From an uncultured bacterium (GTDB lineage Bacteria > Patescibacteriota > Microgenomatia > UBA1400 > PJMF01), in contig CAIMNJ010000018.1 in assembly GCA_903842795.1 (NCBI GenBank), positions 3,246 through 67,245 of the forward strand: a stretch of DNA of 64,000 bases, read 5' to 3'. Positions within the stretch are counted from its first letter, which is position 1. Each line of letters starts with the position of its first letter. The notes under the pieces are model-generated. The model saw only the letters and a program-made list of their open reading frames with translations. It was not told the origin of the DNA and made no database searches. Both the position numbers and the translations under genes were made by a program. Shown here in pieces: positions 1 through 9,150 of the stretch.

Positions 1-88
1 ATTACACAATTAATTTTGATCAACAAAGTAGAGATTTCAACTTGATTAGTGACCAACTTGTCTCGATCAATTAGAATACAAACATAAT

Positions 89-1144
89 ATGGATCACGAA
101 GAACTAATTCAAAACTGCAAAAAACTTTTCACAGATGCGCAAATAGCACAAAAAAAATTGCAAATCGAAAACTTACAAAAAGAAAGTGAAAAAGAAAGTT
201 TTTGGCAACAAGAAGATGCTCGCGATAAAATGCAGCAACTCTCAAGCTTGCAAAAAGAAGTTAAAAATTTTGAAAATTTAGAAAAACTAAACGATGACTT
301 ACAAGCTGCCATCGAATTAAACCTAGCAGATGATGCCAGCAGCATTGCAAAAGTTTTGGAAAAACTTTTTAAAGAAGCTGAACTCAAGCAATATTTAAAT
401 GGCAAATATGATCGATCCAATGCCATCTTATCTATCCATCCCGGACAAGGTGGAACCGAAGCAATGGATTGGGCAGAAATGATGAAGAGAATGTACCAGC
501 GCTATTTCGAAAGAAAAGGCTGGAAATACAGATTTGTTGGAGAAATCAGAGGTGAAGACGCTGGTATCAAGGAAGCTGTCTTTGAAATTGAAGAAGAATA
601 TGCCTATGGTTACCTCAAAGGTGAACAGGGTACTCATCGTCTAGTACGTCAAAGTCCGTTTAATGCAGACAATTTAAGACAAACTTCTTTTGCTTTAGTA
701 GAAGTTTTACCAATTCTCGACCAACAAAATGACATAGAAATTAAAGATGTTGATTTGGAATGGAATTTTACTAGAGCTGGTGGAGCTGGCGGACAGTCAG
801 TTAATAAAACCAATTCTGCCGTAGAACTAACCCACATTCCAACCAATATTACCGTTAAGTGCAGAGAAGAACGCAGTCAAATTCAAAACAGAGAAAGAGC
901 AATGAAAATGCTCAAAGCAAAATTGGCCAAAATTGAAGAAGAAAGATTTGAGAATGAATTGCAAAAAGCCAAAGGCCAACATCAAAATGCTAGTTGGGGC
1001 ACTCAAATCCGCAATTATGTTTTGCATCCCTATCAACTAGTCAAAGATACCAGAACAGAAGTGGAAACTAGCCAAAGTGGTGAAGTTTTGGACGGCGATC
1101 TAGACCAATTTGTAATGAGTTTTATTCATTACAGAAAAAACTAA
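89..1144 (+). CDS. prfB: Peptide chain release factor 2
   Basis: Translation contains the RF2-specific SPF tripeptide (VRQSPFNADNLRQTSF) and the universal GGQ motif (AGGAGGQSVNKT). The 351 aa are encoded in one frame, and no CTT-TGA-C frameshift site is seen. Confidence 0.9.
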   Translation: MDHEELIQNCKKLFTDAQIAQKKLQIENLQKESEKESFWQQEDARDKMQQLSSLQKEVKNFENLEKLNDDLQAAIELNLADDASSIAKVLEKLFKEAELKQYLNGKYDRSNAILSIHPGQGGTEAMDWAEMMKRMYQRYFERKGWKYRFVGEIRGEDAGIKEAVFEIEEEYAYGYLKGEQGTHRLVRQSPFNADNLRQTSFALVEVLPILDQQNDIEIKDVDLEWNFTRAGGAGGQSVNKTNSAVELTHIPTNITVKCREERSQIQNRERAMKMLKAKLAKIEEERFENELQKAKGQHQNASWGTQIRNYVLHPYQLVKDTRTEVETSQSGEVLDGDLDQFVMSFIHYRKN

Positions 1145-1178
1145 CATTTTTGTCTCAATTGGTCTAAAATGAATAAAT

Positions 1179-1745
1179 ATGTACAAAATGCAATTGCAGG
1201 AAAATCAAGAACAACACAAAGAAACTTCTCAACCAACCAATGCTTACGATGAAAATCAAGTTGACGAAACAATGCAAATAGGGCAAAATCATGAACTTAT
1301 GAGCAAAAAAAATAAACAAATCTTTTTTATTATCTGCATAATCTCAGTCATTGCTGGAACCATTACCGGCTATGGCGCTTTTAAACTCAAAAATAAAAAG
1401 GCTGAACCAGTTGAAGTGCAAAACATCACAATCAATGCCAATCAAGTTAAAGATGGTGATGTTTTTGGCGTACAAGACAAAAGTACTTTTGCCGATAACG
1501 CAACTGGCTATCTAGAAAAAGGCGGTGTTGAAGGCGAAGGCTCACACAAACTACTGCGAGAAGGTGGTAAAACACAAACCGTAGCTCTCACCTCTTCAGT
1601 AGTTGATTTAGACAAACTAATTGGCATGCAGGTCAAGCTCTACGGCGAAACTCACAAGGCAGAAAAAGCTGGTTGGTTTATGGATGTTGGTAGAGTTGAA
1701 GTCATCAGCACAAAGGCAGAAGCTCCTATTCAAACTTTAGAATAA
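1179..1745 (+). CDS. Hypothetical membrane-anchored protein (single TM helix)
   Basis: Long ORF with one hydrophobic helix (IFFIICIISVIAGTITGYGAF) and no recognisable motif. It lies immediately upstream of ftsE. Confidence 0.4.
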   Translation: MYKMQLQENQEQHKETSQPTNAYDENQVDETMQIGQNHELMSKKNKQIFFIICIISVIAGTITGYGAFKLKNKKAEPVEVQNITINANQVKDGDVFGVQDKSTFADNATGYLEKGGVEGEGSHKLLREGGKTQTVALTSSVVDLDKLIGMQVKLYGETHKAEKAGWFMDVGRVEVISTKAEAPIQTLE

Positions 1746-1764
1746 ACATGCTTAAATAGACCTC

Positions 1765-2625
1765 GTGCCCATGATAATTTTTTCATCTGTAAGTAAGTAT
1801 TTTGCTGATGAACCAACAGCAATTGTTGATCTTAATTTAGAAATAAATGAGGGAGATTTGGTAGTTATAACTGGTGCCTCTGGAGCTGGTAAGACCACTC
1901 TTATGAAGCTACTTATCAAGGAATATTCTCCTACTAGCGGAGAGATTACCTTCGAAAATCGTCCTCTTAGTGAATTTAAAAAATCAGAAATTCCAAGCTT
2001 ACGTCGCCAGATTGGCGTTGTTTTCCAAGACTACAAACTCATAGAAGATATGAATGTTTGGGAAAATATCGCTCTACCCCTATATATTTGCAACAAAAAA
2101 GAAGAAGAGATAGAAAGCAGGGTAACTGACCTACTCAATTTAATTGGTCTAGCAGATAAAGCCATGTATTTCCCAAGGCAACTTTCCGGCGGAGAAGCTC
2201 AGCGCGTCAGCATTGCTCGAGCCCTTTCCACTGCTCCAAAAATCATTTTTGCTGATGAACCAACTGGCAACCTCGATAGTGCTGCCAGCATCAAAATCAC
2301 CAAGCTTCTCAAAAAAATTAATGAGCTTGGCACTACTATGCTTTTTGCTACTCATGATCAACTGGTTTTGGACGAGTTGGAAAAAGAAAGAATTGTTCAT
2401 TTAGAGAAAAAGGCAAAAAATCCTCCAAAAAATGATGAAGCTGACGAAGAAAGAGAAAAAGTCAAAGAAAAACAAGAAAAGTTGGCCAAAGAAATTGGCG
2501 AAAAAAACAACGAAACAGAAGAAAACAAAGAAGAAAAAAAATCAAAATTAGGTTTACACAAACTCAAAATAAAAATATCTAGCAAAAAAGAAAAAGAGGA
2601 AAAGAAAAAAGATGAAAGCACTTAA
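1765..2625 (+). CDS. ftsE: FtsE-like ABC transporter ATP-binding protein with Lys/Glu-rich C-terminal tail
   Basis: Walker A GASGAGKTTL, ABC signature LSGGEAQRVSIARAL and Walker B IIFADEPTG are present. It is followed by ftsX with an overlap. About 70 extra C-terminal residues are low-complexity K/E-rich. Confidence 0.8.
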   Translation: MPMIIFSSVSKYFADEPTAIVDLNLEINEGDLVVITGASGAGKTTLMKLLIKEYSPTSGEITFENRPLSEFKKSEIPSLRRQIGVVFQDYKLIEDMNVWENIALPLYICNKKEEEIESRVTDLLNLIGLADKAMYFPRQLSGGEAQRVSIARALSTAPKIIFADEPTGNLDSAASIKITKLLKKINELGTTMLFATHDQLVLDELEKERIVHLEKKAKNPPKNDEADEEREKVKEKQEKLAKEIGEKNNETEENKEEKKSKLGLHKLKIKISSKKEKEEKKKDEST

Positions 2626-3481
2626 TTCTGCCCTTGTAGCCATTCGTCGCTCTCCTTATCAAAGCATTTTGACTATTTTTATTTTGACTATTACTTTTTT
2701 TATTGCTTATTGTTTTTCAATGCTAAGCATTGGCAGTGAAAAAGTTTTGTCTTTTTTTGAAACTCAACCGCAAGTAATTGCTTTTCTCAAACTAGAATCC
2801 AAACCAGAAGATCTTGAATTGATCAGTAAGAAAATGCAAGAAAAAAGTTATGTTAGCGGTATCAAAATCGTTACCCAAAAAGAAGCATTGCAAATTTATC
2901 AAAAAGAAAATCAAGATGATCCTTTGCTTTTGGAACTAGTAACTGAAGAAATTCTTCCCTCTAGTATTGAAGTGGCTGCTGCTAATGCTCAAAGTTTGGA
3001 AGCAATTAGAAATGATCTAAAAACAGAACCAAGTGTTGAAGACGTAGTCTTACAAGAAGATGTTGTTGGAAACCTAATTCGCTGGACCGATGCGATGCGC
3101 CTCGTTGGTTTATTTTTGTTGATTACTCTCACAATTACCTCATTCATCATGATCATGACCACTATTTCCATGAAAGTATCAGCCAAAAGAAAAAACATAC
3201 AAATTATGAAATTTGTCGGAGCTAATAACAGCTACATTAGCAAACCATATTTGTTTGAAGCAATGATTACTAGTAGCGTTGCTAGTGTTTTAGCTTTTGC
3301 CATTTATTACGCCATGATGTTGTACATCACTCCATGGTTAAAAAACTTCTTAGTAGGAATCATTAGTTTCCCCATTGCTTGGCAATTTTTTGCCTATCAG
3401 TTTGCTGCCGGTTTTGGCGCAGCAATTTTCCTTGGAGTTGTGGCAAGTTACAGCGCTGTAGCGCGCATGCTAAAAAAATAA
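2612..3481 (+). CDS. ftsX: FtsX-like cell-division permease
   Basis: Topology is TM1, then a roughly 110-aa extracytoplasmic domain, then three C-terminal TM helices. It overlaps the ftsE stop. Confidence 0.7.
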   Translation: MKALNSALVAIRRSPYQSILTIFILTITFFIAYCFSMLSIGSEKVLSFFETQPQVIAFLKLESKPEDLELISKKMQEKSYVSGIKIVTQKEALQIYQKENQDDPLLLELVTEEILPSSIEVAAANAQSLEAIRNDLKTEPSVEDVVLQEDVVGNLIRWTDAMRLVGLFLLITLTITSFIMIMTTISMKVSAKRKNIQIMKFVGANNSYISKPYLFEAMITSSVASVLAFAIYYAMMLYITPWLKNFLVGIISFPIAWQFFAYQFAAGFGAAIFLGVVASYSAVARMLKK

Positions 3482-3484
3482 GTA

Positions 3485-4702
3485 ATGAAAAAAATCACAC
3501 GCTTCTTGTTTACTTTATTAGCGTTGTTTTTGTTTTCGCCTGCAACAGTTAAAGCTCAAGACTGTGATCAGCAATATTCTTGTAACGAAAATGATCAGAA
3601 TTATTCAATTTGCTTAAGCAACCTCGCTAGCTGCTGGCAAGAAAAAATCAACTCCACTCGCTCAGCTGCCAACACTTTGCAATCAGCCATAGATATTATT
3701 AACGGCCAGATTAGGGTACAAAGCGTTAAAATTAGACAAACAGTAGCAGAAATCAATACCTTAGAAAGAGAAATTAACGATCTTTCTGGAAGAATTGAGG
3801 GACTTGCCATTTCTCTAGACAAACTGAGTGGTATTTTGATTAAAAGAATTAGAGAAAGTTACAAACAAAGTCGTTTGCCATATAAAAATAACTTATTTGC
3901 TGCAGATTCTTTCAACAATTTTATTAGTCAATACAGATACATAAACATTACTCAAACTCAAACTCTAGATCTAATGAAACGCACCGAGCTACAGCGTCTC
4001 ACTTACAACCAACAGAAAGAACTCAAAGAAACTAAACAAAAAGAAGTAGAACTAAAAAGGAAAGATTTACAGGATCAAAAAAATATTCTAGATTCACAAA
4101 AAGCTAGTAAGGATGAGTTGCTTAAACAAACAAAAAATAATGAGTCTATCTATCAGCAAAAATTAGCCGAAGCTACAGCAGAACTAAATTCACTCAAGGC
4201 TTTTTCTAGTAGTAAAGGTGGTTCTATATTGCCAGAGCAAAATAGTCCAGATGGTTGGTATTTTAGTCAAAGAGATCAAAGATGGGCTACCTATTTAATT
4301 GGCAACAGCAATATGACCATCATGGATGTTGGCTGCTTGGTAAGTAGCATTGCCATGATGAAGAAAAAATTTGGCGAAAACGTTAATCCAATCACCATAG
4401 CCAGTAACAACAGTTATTTCTTTTCTAACACTGCCTATATCTTAAGACCTTGGTCGGCACCAAGTGGCTATCACTATCAAATTTATCCATATTCACAAAG
4501 TAATCTTGATAGCAAACTCAATGAAAACCCTGTTATTGTTAAACTTTCTGCTGGCCCATATGGCACTCATTTTATTGTCATCAAAGAAAAAAAGGATGGA
4601 CAGTATATTATGCACGATCCATGGGAGGGGTATGATAAAAAATTTACAGACTTCTATTCGATTGGACAAATGAGAGAAATAGGAGCTTTGGTCAAAAATT
4701 AA
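3485..4702 (+). CDS. Secreted coiled-coil protein with C-terminal C39-like (papain-fold) cysteine peptidase domain; putative FtsEX-coupled cell-wall hydrolase
   Basis: N-terminal signal peptide (MKKITRFLFTLLALFLFSPATVKA). A long heptad-like coiled-coil region (residues about 60-230). A C-terminal domain with Q/W, then Cys in DVGCLVSSIAMMKKKFG, a downstream His (GTHFIVI) and Asp (IMHDPWEG), which match the Peptidase_C39_2/CHAP-like layout. Confidence 0.55.
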   Translation: MKKITRFLFTLLALFLFSPATVKAQDCDQQYSCNENDQNYSICLSNLASCWQEKINSTRSAANTLQSAIDIINGQIRVQSVKIRQTVAEINTLEREINDLSGRIEGLAISLDKLSGILIKRIRESYKQSRLPYKNNLFAADSFNNFISQYRYINITQTQTLDLMKRTELQRLTYNQQKELKETKQKEVELKRKDLQDQKNILDSQKASKDELLKQTKNNESIYQQKLAEATAELNSLKAFSSSKGGSILPEQNSPDGWYFSQRDQRWATYLIGNSNMTIMDVGCLVSSIAMMKKKFGENVNPITIASNNSYFFSNTAYILRPWSAPSGYHYQIYPYSQSNLDSKLNENPVIVKLSAGPYGTHFIVIKEKKDGQYIMHDPWEGYDKKFTDFYSIGQMREIGALVKN

Positions 4703-5571
4703 ATCAGCTCGCTATTTTCTTCTTTAGATAAGTCAGCTTTAGATTTTCTCATCACATAGATATCACAACGGTAATCATTTTCACCAACAAATTCAGCTTT
4801 GCCTTGGATGATCTGCTCAAATGGCTTACAAGCAAAGCAACCAGACTCACCATGAGGACATTTGAAACGCTCCAATTGACGAGCTAACTTAATTTCTTTG
4901 GCAATCTTAAGAACTCGCTCTCTAGCTTCTTCTAAATCTGGCAAAGTTTTTTCCACTATTTGATCCAAACCCAAATACCAATAGCTAGCTTTGCTTACTT
5001 GGCGATGTTGACAGTTGTGCACCAGCAAATGGTAAATTGGCAGCTGCAAAGAGCTTTCATTTTCCTGGCTTTTACTCGTCTTAAAATCAATAATATTGAC
5101 ACCATCAATATCTTTCAAATACTCAAGCCAATCAATTTTGCCACAAAGAATTAAGTTGTCCTCTTCAGAAAGCCAATAGCTTGGCAATTCGTCTTTGATT
5201 TTAACCGCTAAGCCAGTTAGAGGACCAGGATTAGCCATAACTTTATTAAGCATTTCTGCACCACGATTTTTGTATTGTTGCTCTGTTTCTTCATCAAAAA
5301 AACCACCTCTTTTTCCAGAAACAAGCTTCCAAGCTCGTTCATATTTAGCAATTAAAGACTCCTTAAAGCGCTCTGGTCCAGGCAAAACAGACAACGACTC
5401 TAAAACTGAATGAACAGCTTGACCAAGAGCTAATGGAGGAGACATTAATTGAATTTTGTGGCGAGTTTTAGGATCTTTATAAACGTTCTTGAGATAATAA
5501 GCTCTTGGACATTGTAAAAAATCACTAATCGAAGTGTGAGAAACCCAAACAGCTGTATATTTATCAGGCAT
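4699..5571 (-). CDS. PD-(D/E)XK nuclease, Cas4/RecB-like with 4-Cys (Fe-S type) arrangement
   Basis: N-terminal Cys (DFLQCPRAYYL) plus a C-terminal CPHGESGCFAC triad. Core D...IIDFKTSK (D-x-K) motif. Conserved Y/Q residues as in the Cas4/AddB nuclease domain. Confidence 0.55.
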   Translation of the reverse strand: MPDKYTAVWVSHTSISDFLQCPRAYYLKNVYKDPKTRHKIQLMSPPLALGQAVHSVLESLSVLPGPERFKESLIAKYERAWKLVSGKRGGFFDEETEQQYKNRGAEMLNKVMANPGPLTGLAVKIKDELPSYWLSEEDNLILCGKIDWLEYLKDIDGVNIIDFKTSKSQENESSLQLPIYHLLVHNCQHRQVSKASYWYLGLDQIVEKTLPDLEEARERVLKIAKEIKLARQLERFKCPHGESGCFACKPFEQIIQGKAEFVGENDYRCDIYVMRKSKADLSKEENSELI

Positions 5572-5595
5572 GTTTACCCATTATAAAGAAAAATT

Positions 5596-5604
5596 TGCTA
5601 TAAT
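5596..5604 (+). promoter_or_regulatory. Extended -10 promoter element (TGcTATAAT) giving a near-leaderless transcript for the downstream gene
   Basis: TGCTATAAT lies 15 nt upstream of the ATG at 5619. No Shine-Dalgarno sequence lies between them. Confidence 0.35.
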
Positions 5605-5618
5605 CTAGTTTGTTATCT

Positions 5619-7322
5619 ATGTCAGATGTTAAAGCTCAAGTTGAACCAGAGGTATTAAAAGCAGAAGAAAAAAAACCAGTCGTTCTGAAAGAACTATCTT
5701 CTTATGCCAAAGAATACACCAAACAATACCAAATGGATTGGGAGTACAAACATAGAGCAATAATTTCCCCGCTCGAAGTTGACGAGCTAGCCTCAAAAAT
5801 CGCCGAAACCTACGAAAAGATCAGAAAAGTAATTGATTGGAAAGAAGAAAATTTATTGCGCCGAGGAGCTATTGAGCGTATTCTTAAGCGCCGTTTAATT
5901 TCTGAATTATATGGGATAAGCATTCTACCAGATTTAAATGCCGCTGAAATGGCTGAGCCAATGATTTTGGAACTAATGCGCAGTGGTTATTTTGACAATG
6001 GTAAAATTGCCAAAAAACAAATAAAAGAAATTGAAAATATCCTAGCAAAGTACATTCGCATTTTGGATAAAACCAATATGCCTGGAGCTCCAAGCAAAAA
6101 ACATGTCAAAAATAAAATGGAGTTCTACACTTGGATGCTAGAAATCGCTGCTTGTGAAATTGAAGAGGTTTTAGCACCAGCATTTAAAGAAAATGCCTTG
6201 CTCAACCTAATGACCAACATCATCTATGACCGCAATAGAATTTTGCCTAGCACAAAATTAAGCGACTTAGATCGCTTAATTCAAATTTATATCGCCAGTA
6301 TGCGCACCCTTTATGTATTTGACGATCCAATCATTTCATACAATGTAATCAAAATTAGATATCCATTTTGGATTGAAGAAACAGATGAAAGTATCAATAA
6401 AGTTACGGCTGAAGTTTTTGAAATTCGTCAACAAATTGATGACGACTTAAACAGTGAAGAAGGAAAACATTTTTTTAAATTAGCTGGAAAATACGATGCT
6501 GCTTATCGCATTATCGGTGACGTTTTAGACAGCATAAATAATACCCCAGAAGCAGTTAGGGGAAAAATTGCTGATACAGAAGAATTAAAAAAAATGGTCA
6601 GTGAAGCATATTTCAAAAGAAAAGCTAGCTTGAAAGGCCGTTTATTCCGCAGCGCCATTTATTCTACCTTATCAATTTTCGCCTCTGGAGCCGCTAGTTA
6701 CATTATCTTTGAAGGTCCAATTGCCAAAATGGCTGGAGAAAAATGGACAATTATGTCATTTTTCGTAGATATGTTAATTCCAAGTTTAGTAATGTTTATT
6801 TTAGTTATCATTATTAGACCACCAAAAGACGCCAATTTAAGAGTTGTACAAAAAGAAATAGAAAAAGTGATTTACAAGCAACCTAGTGAAGATGTTTATG
6901 AAGTCGATTTTCGTCGCAAGAAAAATAAAATTTTAAATTTTATTTTTATTGCTATCTCAATAATTTGTGGCGCACTCTCAATGAGATTTATTTTCTGGAT
7001 TTTCGAAATCGGCAATGTTCCAATTACTTCTGTTTATGTTGACACCGTTAATGTAGCAATGGTGGTTTTTGCTGCCATGGCCATCAAACAAAAGTCTAAG
7101 GAAATTACAATTGAAGACCGTGCGAATTTCGTGGAATTTGTACTAGAGCTTTTCTCTATTCCTCTTGCCAAAATCGGACAATGGTTTGCGGACAAATGGA
7201 AAAAGTATAATATATTCTCTGCTTTTTTTACCGCCATCGTAGATATGCCATTTTCAGTACTCATTCGCATTATTGAAGACTGGCGCAACTTCTTGAAAGA
7301 AAGAAGTTCAGAGATGCATTAA
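5619..7322 (+). CDS. Hypothetical protein with roughly 340-aa soluble N-terminal region and C-terminal multi-TM region
   Basis: ORF track frame. The ATG at 5619 is preferred over the upstream TTG at 5610. Hydrophobic helices lie in the last roughly 220 aa. No recognised motif. Confidence 0.45.
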   Translation: MSDVKAQVEPEVLKAEEKKPVVLKELSSYAKEYTKQYQMDWEYKHRAIISPLEVDELASKIAETYEKIRKVIDWKEENLLRRGAIERILKRRLISELYGISILPDLNAAEMAEPMILELMRSGYFDNGKIAKKQIKEIENILAKYIRILDKTNMPGAPSKKHVKNKMEFYTWMLEIAACEIEEVLAPAFKENALLNLMTNIIYDRNRILPSTKLSDLDRLIQIYIASMRTLYVFDDPIISYNVIKIRYPFWIEETDESINKVTAEVFEIRQQIDDDLNSEEGKHFFKLAGKYDAAYRIIGDVLDSINNTPEAVRGKIADTEELKKMVSEAYFKRKASLKGRLFRSAIYSTLSIFASGAASYIIFEGPIAKMAGEKWTIMSFFVDMLIPSLVMFILVIIIRPPKDANLRVVQKEIEKVIYKQPSEDVYEVDFRRKKNKILNFIFIAISIICGALSMRFIFWIFEIGNVPITSVYVDTVNVAMVVFAAMAIKQKSKEITIEDRANFVEFVLELFSIPLAKIGQWFADKWKKYNIFSAFFTAIVDMPFSVLIRIIEDWRNFLKERSSEMH

Positions 7323-7354
7323 TTTCCTGATATAATTGGTTTGCATTTTTAAAA

Positions 7355-7440
7355 GGAGACATCGCATAGTGGCCAATTGCACAGGTTTGCTAAACCTGAC
7401 CCCAATTTGGGGTTCGTGGGTTCAAATCCCACTGTCTCCG
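7355..7440 (+). tRNA. tRNA-Ser (anticodon GCU), type II with long variable arm
   Basis: Cloverleaf by eye: acceptor GGAGACA/TGTCTCC; anticodon stem CAGGT/ACCTG with loop TTGCTAA; variable-arm hairpin CCCC-AATTT-GGGG; T-arm GTGGG-TTCAAAT-CCCAC; discriminator G. CCA is not encoded. Confidence 0.85.
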
Positions 7441-7445
7441 CAGCT

Positions 7446-8777
7446 ATGGCTAACAATGAAAAATTCTTAGTCGCTGGTGAACATTTTTATCAACCCCCTC
7501 GTCAAGCTTCTCATTCTCGTCTTGAACATCTCACAGAAAACCAAACAGATTGGAACACAATCATTGCTGAACAATGCTATATTCCTCAAATTGAGAATGG
7601 AACACTAGATTTAGCTTCTTTCGATTTTTTTTCTACTATTCGCCAAGAAATGAATGAAATCGCTCCAGAACAAGCAGAACTACTCAGAGCAGCAATGCGA
7701 GAAAGAGGTGTTGGAGATCCTTTTCTTCATGTCTTACTTCCAGATTTATCTAGAGAAGACAAAAAAATTTTAATCACAGCTGGTTTCAATAATTTTGCTA
7801 ATGATGTAGGTGTAAACCCACAATGGTTCTGGGCACCAGAAACAGCTCTCGACAATGAAACACTGGAAGTTTTGGTTGAAGTTGGCTATCAAGGAGTACT
7901 GTGTGCTCCAGAACAAATCTATGATACTGGCGGAGAAGCAGACAATCATCCAATTATCATAAATTTAGATAATGGTGAAAGCATCACTGCTCTCCCATTT
8001 GATCGCCCAATTTCTTCTAGCTTAGCTTTTGCTAATAAAGGCAATGCTGACGAATATACTCGCTCAATTATTATTCCAAAAATCATGCAGCTACCATCTT
8101 CTTTACCACTAATTTTCTGGACTGATGGAGAAACTTTTGGACACCATGATCGATTTGCCCATTTATTTTTGGATTATCTGCTCAAAACAAGCCTGCCAAG
8201 CAACGGTGTAGAAATAGCCAGTATCAATGATCTTCAAGACATTTGGCAAGAAACTGATTATCGCAGTGGCAAATTAAATCAACGCAGCGCTTGGAGTTGC
8301 CCACACGGAAACCTAGTGAGATGGCATGGCGCCTGTCCTTGTGATGAGGGTTTAGATGGCAATTGGAAAAGATATTTTTCTGAAGGTTTAAAGCATCTCA
8401 ATCAACAAATCACTGACATTTTGAATCAAAATTTAGATGATGGTTGGGAAGATGAGTTGGCAGAAAATTTTGTAGAACATTTTTATCATAAAGGATTTAG
8501 TAGCGACAAATCTATAGATATGGAAACATCATTGCTAGCTGCCAAGGCTTCAGCCCTGGCAGCACAAATCAGCTGCGGCACTTTTTTCAATAACCCAGGA
8601 ACATCTGGAAAAATTAATTTACTTTTTGCCAGACAAAGTTTAGAAAATTTAATTGATGCTGGTTATGAAAAGGAAGCAGAAGAAATAAAAGCAGAATTAC
8701 TGGCAACTTTAGCTAAAGGCATTGATCCGAGCAATGGAAAAAATTTGGCGGAGAGTTTGGCAGGAATTATTGACTAA
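7446..8777 (+). CDS. Glycoside hydrolase family 57-like protein (alpha-glucan active)
   Basis: GH57-like conserved regions: HFYQPPRQ (region I, HQP-type), FWAPETA (Glu region) and IFWTDGETFGHHD (DGE-FG acid/base region). Start reset to the ATG at 7446 because the track start at 7377 lies inside the tRNA. Confidence 0.5.
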   Translation: MANNEKFLVAGEHFYQPPRQASHSRLEHLTENQTDWNTIIAEQCYIPQIENGTLDLASFDFFSTIRQEMNEIAPEQAELLRAAMRERGVGDPFLHVLLPDLSREDKKILITAGFNNFANDVGVNPQWFWAPETALDNETLEVLVEVGYQGVLCAPEQIYDTGGEADNHPIIINLDNGESITALPFDRPISSSLAFANKGNADEYTRSIIIPKIMQLPSSLPLIFWTDGETFGHHDRFAHLFLDYLLKTSLPSNGVEIASINDLQDIWQETDYRSGKLNQRSAWSCPHGNLVRWHGACPCDEGLDGNWKRYFSEGLKHLNQQITDILNQNLDDGWEDELAENFVEHFYHKGFSSDKSIDMETSLLAAKASALAAQISCGTFFNNPGTSGKINLLFARQSLENLIDAGYEKEAEEIKAELLATLAKGIDPSNGKNLAESLAGIID

Positions 8778-8781
8778 AATT

Positions 8782-9150
8782 TTACAAATCTTTAGTCAAT
8801 TCAGCTACTTTAACTACCAGATCGCGCAAAGAAATATTTGATTTCACCACGTATTCATTAACACCCAATCTTCTAGCACTTTCCAAATCTTGTGGCTGAT
8901 CTAAGTTGCTGATGACAATCATTGGCACCGTTGAATGTTGATTAATTCTAATTTCTTCTATTACTTCCAAGCCACTTTTCTTTGGCAAAATTAAATCTAC
9001 CAATAATAAAATTGGTTGATCTTTTTTGAAAATTTTTATTGCTTCTTCACCATCGCCGGCAAGCAATGTTTCGTAACCACTAGCTTTTAGCTTAGCAACA
9101 ATGGTTTTTTGTAAACTAGGATCATCTTCAATAACGAGAATTTTTTTCAT
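8782..9150 (-). CDS. Receiver-only response regulator (CheY-like)
   Basis: Acidic pocket residues and the phospho-acceptor Asp (LLLVDLILP) are present. A conserved Lys is near the C-terminus. There is no output domain. The start overlaps the upstream GT2 stop (ATGA). Confidence 0.8.
   Translation of the reverse strand: MKKILVIEDDPSLQKTIVAKLKASGYETLLAGDGEEAIKIFKKDQPILLLVDLILPKKSGLEVIEEIRINQHSTVPMIVISNLDQPQDLESARRLGVNEYVVKSNISLRDLVVKVAELTKDL

Noticed and set aside
109-1036. Antisense ORFs of 65-105 aa inside prfB. Similar embedded ORFs appear across the track, for example 2149-2621, 16228-16671, 18064-18429, 47230-47565 and 56070-56522.
   Set aside because: They lie entirely within and antisense or out-of-frame to strongly supported conserved genes and are low-complexity. 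They are artefacts of six-frame translation in an AT-rich sequence.
7377-7445. Track start of the 466-aa ORF at 7377
   Set aside because: That start lies inside the tRNA-Ser(GCU) gene. The translated N-terminus (MHRFAKPDPNLGFVGSNPTVSAA) is simply the tRNA read as protein. The start was reset to the ATG at 7446.
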